Part shown: one piece after another, positions 52,810-60,137 of the stretch
Layout: each line of letters begins with the position of its first letter
How positions within the stretch are numbered: position 1 is the first letter of the stretch
Assembly (NCBI GenBank): GCA_964643325.1
Contig: CAZXSE010000007.1
Span: forward strand, 1-60,137
Origin: an uncultured Planctomycetales bacterium
GTDB lineage: Bacteria > Omnitrophota > Gorgyraeia > Zapsychrales > Fredricksoniimonadaceae
Direction: 5' to 3'
Length of the DNA: 60,137 nucleotides
Notes under the pieces: generated by a model
Databases searched by the model: none
Told to the model about the DNA's origin: nothing
Seen by the model: only the letters and a program-made list of their open reading frames with translations
Translations under genes and position numbers: made by a program

Positions 52810-55641
52810 TTACGCTGACTTGGGCGTCAATACCCCTTGTGCCTCGCTAAAGAGCGGCACGTTCGCCGCGGGTACGATCTGCAGGATCACGGGCACAAGC
52901 CCGTCGATCTTGATGTTATCAAGGTCCTGCTGATCCAAGGGTAACGGCACGCCACTGCCATCGCGCTTGATCTGCAGTTCCAGATTAGCGGAATTCATGT
53001 CGATACCACCAACATTATCATCCTGAGCAGCATCAGAACCGACGTTCTGCGCCATGTCATAGAAGTCTTCTACTGTTTTCACCTTACGGTCCAATTCACC
53101 TAAAATCCCTATGCTAAATTGGACTCCAATAGAAAAATCATTCATAAACTCTGAGAATTCTTTATCCTTCAATTTTAACCTGATCTCGCGGACTTTCTCA
53201 GCAAGAATCTTTGATCTTTCTAAATCACTTGCCGATTTTCCCTTGCTATCTTGTAATATATCCGCCACGATGCCTTTGATCAATTTGCTGCTCTCTCGAG
53301 CATATTTAATATACTTCTCATTTCCCACTAACATCTTCTTGGCAAAATCTTCACCGAGATAATAGACCAAATCATCTGCAGCTTTCTTAAAACCTCGCTC
53401 CTCCTTTTCGTCAAAAACTACTTTTTTAGCGATCACTCGGGTTTCACCCGAAATAGCATCAAAGATTTCGGTTCTAATCCTCTTAAGCAGGTTCCGCGCC
53501 CATAATACCTGCCAAGGCGGCCCTTTTATGCTCTTCATATTCCCGCTAACAATCGTTCGGATAAAATCACTGGGCGTCCAGTCTCCATCCTCTTTAAAGT
53601 CTCTCCATGCCATCTCTCTCATAAAGTCCGGACTATCAATCTTGCTGCAAAGCTCCACATGCAGATCCCTAAGCTTCCGAAGAAGATTCTGAAAATCTTC
53701 TGTCTGTAATTTCTTCAGATGCCCAACATTTATGCCGGACTTTCTTGAAATATCTGCTGCCAAGCCTTCTATAAATTTCTCCCAGCTGCTGGTGGTATCA
53801 ATGGCCTGTCGCGCCATCCCCTCCAATACGCCCTCTTTCGCTGATGCATATTGTTTCCAGAACATTCCGTCCATAAAGTCATTAACAGTAAGCTCACCAA
53901 AAGATTGATCTGTTAATTTTACCGTATTATCAAAATCTGCAAAATACATCAATATAGTCTCAACTTCATCTCGAACATGAACAAGATCGGTCTGAAATCT
54001 TTTCTGCCCCTGAACCGCTTCCATTACTTGAGCGAACTCTTCTGAAGAATAAGTTAAAAGATCTTTCTTGGATGCCTCAATTTTGTCGTAATAACCCTCA
54101 TTATTCAGGACCTGCGTTATTTTCTTGGCAAGATCTTTCCCTTCCTCCGACAAAGCAAGCCATAACAATTTAGCCTGTTGAAACTGAAGCTCGGTCCTTT
54201 CAATCTCCTTCTGCTGTTCTTCCGTCAATCCTGACATATTTATTCTTTTGTCCTCTGCAAACAAAAGGCTCTGCATATTACTATCAAAGTCTCCGAACAT
54301 TCCCTGCGCCATCACAGCAGTTTCCAGCAATACATTCATCGATTCTTGAACCTGTGGCTGCTCTGGACGATAATTCAACAAATAAAAACCCATCTCTCGC
54401 TTAAGACGAGGCGATATCTTGCCAAGTTTATCAGCAAGCGCTGACCCTTGGGGCATGGAGAAGATAGTATTCCTGTTCGTAACTTCTCGTCTTGAAACAG
54501 AGCTCTCTGAGTTATAGTGCTTCAAAAATGCGTTCACAAGATCCCGATCTCCCGACCCGCTCTGAGCCCTGGTAAGCCCTGCGGCGTCAGACGTCCTGAC
54601 GATCTGCGCCCGATCATATCCTTTCGTTCCCCCCGAGAAATACTTGCGGGGAATGATCTCCTGCGAATACGTATCCAAATCCTCGCGGATCATGTTAAAG
54701 ACGCCTTTCTTGAACGCCTGGACATACTGCTCATAAATGGTCTGGTTGTTCTTCGGGTCCTGATCAACACCCTTGACCTTGCCCTGATCCGCGTACAGTT
54801 TCCCGAGAATGGTCTCTTTGAGCGCCATCTTATACCAGGTGGCCAACAGCATGCCGCTGTAAACCTGACGCAGGGGCGCGAAATTCTTGCCTTCATTCAC
54901 TTCCTTCTCGATCGCCGGGATGATAACCTCGCGCATGACCTGTTTGGAGATCTTGACCGCCTCATTATCCTCGACAATGCCCGTTGCCAGCACATTGGCC
55001 TGCATGGACCGGTAATCGCTTTCCATCATGACCTTCAAATGGTTCTCCAGGACCACGACCGTATTGCCCTTTTCATAAACAACGGCCTTGTCAGGCGTGA
55101 TCCAAACCTTGTTAAAAGTATCGAGGGGGATATCGGTCGTACCAAATTTCTGATAGGCCTGCGCATAAACCCCGTCCCAAAACTTTTTACCCAGGTCCGT
55201 GTCAGGGTCGGTCAGCGATGCCGAGATCTGTTTCAAGAGATAATCCTGCGCCAGAAGGTCGCGCCCCATCTCGGTCAATCCAAAATTATCCGGCACAATA
55301 CGGTCCTGCTCATACGGAGATAAGTTCACCCACTGATCCGTATCGGGAACGGCCAATGACGCCAGAAAATACTTGATGAGCTTGGTATATTCCGCCTGCT
55401 TCTGATCATCGGTCATGGACGCATCACCGCGATGGATGATGAAATCAAACTTGAACGGCTCTGTCGGATGAATGACCATGCCTTGAAGGCTGGCAGGCGT
55501 AAATCCGGAACTTAACGCGACCGTAACGCCCGGTTCAGGCATGAGGCCCACAGCGGTCATGGCCTGGGCAAAACCCTGCGGAGGCATAGCACAGCTAAGA
55601 ACAAAGCTGACCAGAATGAAGAATGTCGTTATCTTTTTCAT
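52810..55641 (-). CDS. 943-aa modular secreted protein A (conserved N-module, AT-rich variable core, GGID C-module)
   Basis: Signal-like N-terminus; N- and C-modules align with 55892-59380. Confidence 0.88.
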   Translation of the reverse strand: MKKITTFFILVSFVLSCAMPPQGFAQAMTAVGLMPEPGVTVALSSGFTPASLQGMVIHPTEPFKFDFIIHRGDASMTDDQKQAEYTKLIKYFLASLAVPDTDQWVNLSPYEQDRIVPDNFGLTEMGRDLLAQDYLLKQISASLTDPDTDLGKKFWDGVYAQAYQKFGTTDIPLDTFNKVWITPDKAVVYEKGNTVVVLENHLKVMMESDYRSMQANVLATGIVEDNEAVKISKQVMREVIIPAIEKEVNEGKNFAPLRQVYSGMLLATWYKMALKETILGKLYADQGKVKGVDQDPKNNQTIYEQYVQAFKKGVFNMIREDLDTYSQEIIPRKYFSGGTKGYDRAQIVRTSDAAGLTRAQSGSGDRDLVNAFLKHYNSESSVSRREVTNRNTIFSMPQGSALADKLGKISPRLKREMGFYLLNYRPEQPQVQESMNVLLETAVMAQGMFGDFDSNMQSLLFAEDKRINMSGLTEEQQKEIERTELQFQQAKLLWLALSEEGKDLAKKITQVLNNEGYYDKIEASKKDLLTYSSEEFAQVMEAVQGQKRFQTDLVHVRDEVETILMYFADFDNTVKLTDQSFGELTVNDFMDGMFWKQYASAKEGVLEGMARQAIDTTSSWEKFIEGLAADISRKSGINVGHLKKLQTEDFQNLLRKLRDLHVELCSKIDSPDFMREMAWRDFKEDGDWTPSDFIRTIVSGNMKSIKGPPWQVLWARNLLKRIRTEIFDAISGETRVIAKKVVFDEKEERGFKKAADDLVYYLGEDFAKKMLVGNEKYIKYARESSKLIKGIVADILQDSKGKSASDLERSKILAEKVREIRLKLKDKEFSEFMNDFSIGVQFSIGILGELDRKVKTVEDFYDMAQNVGSDAAQDDNVGGIDMNSANLELQIKRDGSGVPLPLDQQDLDNIKIDGLVPVILQIVPAANVPLFSEAQGVLTPKSA

Positions 55642-55816
55642 ATTTGCCTTCCCTTTCAGGGCCTTCTTATTAAGGAAGTAACAGGCCCCAAGACGCCACC
55701 TATATAAATATACCCTATAAAGATCCTCAAAAGGGCTTTTTCAAGGATTTTTGAGAAAACGTTATCTTCTCGTCGGAGAGAAAGAAAGATGGTCGGGAAA
55801 AATATGGAAAAAGAAA

Positions 55817-55861
55817 GGGCCGATATCCCCATACTGGGGACTTCGTGAAATCGGTCCCTAC
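55817..55861. repeat. GTAG-type REP-like palindrome with internal hairpin insert
   Basis: GGGCCGAT-ATCCCCATACTGGGGACTTCGTGAA-ATCGGTCCCTAC; insert resembles that at 49921-49943. Confidence 0.7.
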
Positions 55862-55891
55862 GGATACCATATATATGTGTGGTATCTTTGC

Positions 55892-58800
55892 TTAAAGTAC
55901 GCGGGAAGGAACAGCGGGGCGGATGTTCAAGATAACGGGCACAAGGCCGTCAATGCGGATACTCTCAAGGTCTTGCTGGTCAGCCGGCAACACAATACCA
56001 TTGCCATCGCGCTTGATCTGCAGGTCAAGCGCGGATACGTTCAGGTCAATACCGCCCTTGACGATCTCGGCCTTGTCAGAAAGTTCCGTCATATCGTCAC
56101 CGCGCTCTTTAAAGAACGTATATGTCTGGTGATAGATCCGGTCCAAACGGAACTGTTGCTCATCCTGCCTGTCCCCGTCGGAGAGCCCCTCGAAGAGGCC
56201 GAAATCGTCAAAAAAGGCATCTCCAAGAAGTTCTTGGCGCAGGGCAATGCTCCTGGGGTCCGTGGATCCCTGCCTCATCATTTCCTTAAGGTCCCCCATA
56301 AAATCACCCACATCCTGTTTTTCGATACCGGCAATCCGGATCGCAAAACTCCGGCCAGCGAGCTTTGCCAGGTCATCCCAGGACTTCTGATACGCAGACA
56401 CCGGAAGAAGCGAGGCGCGTCCGTGAAACAATGAATCCAGGCCGTCATCTATACCCTGCCCCATTCTTAAAACTTTATGTTGCGGTATCGGCGCCGGCAT
56501 AAGAACCTTGCCGATCTCATCGCGCAGGCGGTCAATGGTCTTAAAAGTCCGTGTCTGGTTGAAGACCATCTTCAGCATACGTTCGACCAGATCATCCTTT
56601 TCCTTATCCGACGCACCGGCAATATCGGCACGCCTCTTGCTTGCAAGCACCTGATCAATACTCAAGCGCGGATGGGTCAAGACATTCATTACAAGCTCGG
56701 TGAATTTCTCAAGACTGAAGCCAAGCTCGCGCAGGCGCACAACAACAGGCTCAAGTCCCGGAATGGTCTTAAGGCTGATCCTGAGCTCGGGCCTCAGATC
56801 ATCATGCCGCAGGCGCAGGTACACGACCTGCGCGCGATGACGCGCCTGAAGAGGATGCAAGGGGCCAAGAATATCCATGCTGGTGTAGGAAGATCCCGAA
56901 ACAACGGCCTTTCCGGGTTTACCCAGATACTCCAGTGCCAGCTCCGTCAGGACCTCTTCGATCTCCTCCGGCGCCGGCAATTTCTGGAACATAAGGCGCT
57001 TTAATTCCCTGATGAACTGCTCCTCCGCCGCCATTTCCTGCGCAAGGACTTCCGCCGCCGCAGGAACAATGGCCTTGCCGACCGGCAGATCAACATTCTC
57101 GATGGCAATGATGCGGTTCAGGTATCTGTCCACCACATCCGCGATCGCCTGGCGAAGAACAGTTGCCAGCTCCTTTGGCTCATCGATCTCCGCGAGCGTC
57201 ACTTGCTCCATGAACGATTTGCGGTACTCACCCCCTGTTTCCAGAAGAATATCCCGAAAAGTGGACCTGCTCCATGGCTCCTGCCAGATAATAGCCTCGT
57301 TGTTCTTGAGCCTGAAGAATCCGGCATACGCATCCAGCGCCTGCCGATAATGCGGATCAGTCATCAAAACCGTCCAAAATTGCGGCCCCAGATACAGAGG
57401 ATCAGGCCCATCATAAAAATCAACCACTGCCCGCTCGATATGGTCAAGGACCGGCTTGATCAGCACATCAAGTTCGGCCTTGCGGAATTGACGATGACAG
57501 GCGCCCAACAGGGCCGTCTTGATCACTTCCGGCATATCGGCAAGCGTTCCTGCATCTCTTGCAAAATAACCGTTGATCAGCGCCGACCTGCGGCGGTCTT
57601 CGACAAGCTCTTCCCATAACAAAGGATCCTGCCGACGAAGCCCCCGAGGGCCGTATTCCGCGACCTTCTGGAGCGCCGCTTCATACACAGGACTCAGGCG
57701 GCGGCGATAATCCTCGCGTGCCAGGCTAGCCACCAGGGCGGTCATGACCTTGTCAAGCAAGTCTGCCCTCAATTTACGCGAAGGGTCCTTGGCATCAAGC
57801 CGTGCCAGGCGCTCATGACTGAAATTCACCGGAAAACTGAAATCCCTGCTAGTGTCCACAGGATTGAATGACTGGGCCAGGCCGACATCTTCTTCAAAAT
57901 ACCTGCCATCCTCGTCAGACTGGTACATCTGAATAAGCCGGATCAACAGGTTCCGCCATTCTTCCGACAACAACGACCAGGCCTTGCTCGCCTGCCTGTA
58001 CTCCGCAACCTCATGACTGCCGTTCAGCCGCAGAAGTTCGGCGATCGCCTGCTTGAGCTCATTGCCAGTAGGCTTGAGACGATCATTATTCAGCGCCCAG
58101 ACCTTGATGAGCGCGGTAATGCTGTCAAGCGCCTCCTGCCTCAACTCGCTGTAAGGGCGACCGCCCAGACGGACGGTCCATCCGGACTTTAATTCAAGCT
58201 GTCTGTAAAAAACCTCCCACATGTCTTTCGGAACAAGGCCTTCCCCGACGGCTGCATCCGCTGTCGTCTCAGCCGCGTCCGACACGACCCGCGTGCTCAC
58301 AATATCAGCAGTATTCATCGCGGCATCTGCCCTTGCGGCTGAATCCGCATCAGACCTGACGACAACATTTTGCGCGCTGTCACCGACCATGCCGCCCGAG
58401 AAATACTTGCGGGCAACGGTCTTTTGCGTCGGAACATCAACTTCCTCTTTGATCATGTTAAAGACGCCCTGTTTGAACGTGCTCACATACTGCTCGTAGA
58501 TCTTCTGATTGTTCGCCGGGTCCTGATCAACCCCCGCAACTTTGCCCTTGTCCGCATAAAGCTTTCCAAGGATTGACTCTTTCAAGGCCATTTTGTACCA
58601 GACAGCCAGCAGCATGCCGCTATAAACCTGGCGTAACGGCGCAAAATTCCTGCCCTCGTTCACTTCCTTCTCGATGGCCGGAATGATGACCTCGCGCATA
58701 ACATCTTGTGTCACGTCAGACTGCGGCGATGTTCCGCCGCCAACTCGCTGTGCCCGTTGATCAGCGGCTACGCGATCCGCGTCCATCATGACCTTCAAAT

Positions 58801-59380
58801 GATGCTCGATGATAACAGCCGTGTTCCCTTGCTCATGGATCACAGCGCTGTCCGGCATGATCCACACCTTGTTGAATGTGTCCGTCGGGATATCCGTTGT
58901 GCCGAACTTCTCATACGCCTGCGCGTAAACACTGTCCCAGAACTTTTTGCCAAGATCCGTGTCAGGATTGGTCAGCGATGCCGAGATCTGTTTCAGAAGA
59001 TAGTCCTGGCTCAAAAGATCACGTCCCATTTCAGTGCGGCCAAAAGTTTCCGGGATCATGCGGTCCTGTTCGTAAGGCGAAAGATTCACCCACTGCTCAT
59101 CCTCGGCAACGGCCAGCGATGTCAGGAAATACTTAATAAGCCGAATATATTCAGCCTGTTTCTGATCTTCAGTCAAAGGCGTGTTGCCACGATGGACAAT
59201 AAAATCGAACTTGAAAGGATCATTGGGGTCAACGGTCATGCCCTGGAGCATAGCAGGCGTGAATGCGGCGCTTAACCCCGGCTGAACGCTGGCCGTCATG
59301 CCCTGGGCAAGGCCTTGCGGCGGCATGACACAGCCGAGGATGAAACTGATAAGAATTAAGAATGTTGTCAACTTTCGCAC
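55892..59380 (-). CDS. ~1160-aa modular secreted protein B (paralog of A with an unrelated core)
   Basis: Start placed at GTG 59380 by alignment (MRKLTTFLIL vs MKKITTFFIL); same N- and C-modules. Confidence 0.88.
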   Translation of the reverse strand: MRKLTTFLILISFILGCVMPPQGLAQGMTASVQPGLSAAFTPAMLQGMTVDPNDPFKFDFIVHRGNTPLTEDQKQAEYIRLIKYFLTSLAVAEDEQWVNLSPYEQDRMIPETFGRTEMGRDLLSQDYLLKQISASLTNPDTDLGKKFWDSVYAQAYEKFGTTDIPTDTFNKVWIMPDSAVIHEQGNTAVIIEHHLKVMMDADRVAADQRAQRVGGGTSPQSDVTQDVMREVIIPAIEKEVNEGRNFAPLRQVYSGMLLAVWYKMALKESILGKLYADKGKVAGVDQDPANNQKIYEQYVSTFKQGVFNMIKEEVDVPTQKTVARKYFSGGMVGDSAQNVVVRSDADSAARADAAMNTADIVSTRVVSDAAETTADAAVGEGLVPKDMWEVFYRQLELKSGWTVRLGGRPYSELRQEALDSITALIKVWALNNDRLKPTGNELKQAIAELLRLNGSHEVAEYRQASKAWSLLSEEWRNLLIRLIQMYQSDEDGRYFEEDVGLAQSFNPVDTSRDFSFPVNFSHERLARLDAKDPSRKLRADLLDKVMTALVASLAREDYRRRLSPVYEAALQKVAEYGPRGLRRQDPLLWEELVEDRRRSALINGYFARDAGTLADMPEVIKTALLGACHRQFRKAELDVLIKPVLDHIERAVVDFYDGPDPLYLGPQFWTVLMTDPHYRQALDAYAGFFRLKNNEAIIWQEPWSRSTFRDILLETGGEYRKSFMEQVTLAEIDEPKELATVLRQAIADVVDRYLNRIIAIENVDLPVGKAIVPAAAEVLAQEMAAEEQFIRELKRLMFQKLPAPEEIEEVLTELALEYLGKPGKAVVSGSSYTSMDILGPLHPLQARHRAQVVYLRLRHDDLRPELRISLKTIPGLEPVVVRLRELGFSLEKFTELVMNVLTHPRLSIDQVLASKRRADIAGASDKEKDDLVERMLKMVFNQTRTFKTIDRLRDEIGKVLMPAPIPQHKVLRMGQGIDDGLDSLFHGRASLLPVSAYQKSWDDLAKLAGRSFAIRIAGIEKQDVGDFMGDLKEMMRQGSTDPRSIALRQELLGDAFFDDFGLFEGLSDGDRQDEQQFRLDRIYHQTYTFFKERGDDMTELSDKAEIVKGGIDLNVSALDLQIKRDGNGIVLPADQQDLESIRIDGLVPVILNIRPAVPSRVL

Positions 59381-59479
59381 GACAACCAACTTCTAATAAG
59401 ACTACTTTTGTTAATAATGCCCCACCTTTGACAAATATACCCTATAAAAAGCCAAAAAACACCCCCATGGACAAAAAAA

Positions 59480-59504
59480 GGGCGGACATAAAGTCCGCCC
59501 CTAC
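59480..59504. repeat. GTAG-type REP-like palindrome downstream of etfA (may also act as terminator)
   Basis: GGGCGGACATAAAGTCCGCCCCTAC, matching the arm at 49913-49955. Confidence 0.75.
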
Positions 59505-59525
59505 GATTAGATCATAAGCCAAGTT

Positions 59526-60137
59526 TTATAAAATCTCTTTGAAACGCTTGGTAAGCAGAGGAACGACCTCGAAGACATCACCCACGATGCCGTAAGTGGC
59601 GACATTGAAGATGGGCGCGGAAGGATCCCTGTTAATGGCAATAATGGTATCCGATGACTGCATCCCGACCAGATGCTGGATCTGCCCGGAAATGGCACAC
59701 GCGATATAGACCTTCGGGCACACGGTCTTACCGGTCTGCCCGACCTGATGCGAATACGGCATCCAGCCCTCGTCGATGGCCGCGCGCGATGCACCAACGG
59801 CACCATTGAGGACCTGCGCTAATTCTTCGAGCATCTTGAAATTCTCCGACCCGCCAAGCCCGCGGCCGCCGGACACAATGATATTCGCTTCCGCAAGGTT
59901 CACCGTAGATGTGATCTCGTCAACCACATTGAGGATCTTAGTTCTAGAAACGAAGAATGTATTGTCGTACTGAAGGACTTCGACCACGCCCTTGCGCTTG
60001 GGATCCGCCGCTGCCTCTTTCATGACCTTGTGGCGCACCGTGGCCAGCTGCGGGCGATGGTTCTTGGAAAGAATGGTCGCCATGATGTTGCCGCCGAACG
60101 CCGGGCGGGTCTGCATCAGATACCGCTCCTTGACATC
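59526..60137 (-). CDS. etfA: Electron transfer flavoprotein alpha subunit, 3' part (runs off the window)
   Basis: [41 protein letters not shown]. Confidence 0.95.
   Translation of the reverse strand, partial: DVKERYLMQTRPAFGGNIMATILSKNHRPQLATVRHKVMKEAAADPKRKGVVEVLQYDNTFFVSRTKILNVVDEITSTVNLAEANIIVSGGRGLGGSENFKMLEELAQVLNGAVGASRAAIDEGWMPYSHQVGQTGKTVCPKVYIACAISGQIQHLVGMQSSDTIIAINRDPSAPIFNVATYGIVGDVFEVVPLLTKRFKEIL

Noticed and set aside
52810-59380. Classical polymorphic toxin-immunity (CDI/Rhs/MafB) locus
   Set aside because: The variable region is central rather than C-terminal, no immunity ORF follows either gene, and no Rhs/FHA repeats are present; kept as a distinct modular system instead

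Overview
About 60 kb of a moderately GC-rich bacterial chromosome, most likely Ca. Omnitrophota (PVC). That assignment is inferred from protein-family style, not a marker gene. Most of the window is ordinary, mostly minus-strand housekeeping or anaerobe genes: gap (partial), comM-like ATPase, carbamoyltransferase with SxtJ/SxtK-like partners, Rrf2-ferredoxin-hcp, hisI, tRNA-Arg(CCG), two ABC-F genes, short Rho, csp, YgiQ, SSS symporter, rubrerythrin, pckG, purF-like, carB, DUF1846, ppk2 and etfA (partial). Two accessory loci stand out. (1) 25.1-33.0 kb: an atypical chaperone-usher-like fimbrial cluster with three tandem pilin-like paralogs, a triple-repeat subunit, a chaperone-like protein and a 1016-aa usher-like protein. 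It faces a c-di-GMP-I riboswitch-controlled small secreted protein that carries only the pilin-type N-terminal strand. (2) 52.8-59.4 kb: two tandem secreted proteins with a near-constant ~330-aa N-module and a constant 'GGID...' C-module around unrelated central cargo regions, one strongly AT-rich, with D-x-A-[Q/E/M] motifs at the junctions. This looks like a polymorphic cassette or effector system. Also seen: unannotated small ORFs, an attenuator-like leader before DUF1846-carB, a divergent repressor switch, an Rrf2 operator, two REP-like element families and a homogenised ORF6N gene pair. No CRISPR array, integrase, transposase or reverse transcriptase was found. All family assignments are from motif recognition by eye; no searches were run.
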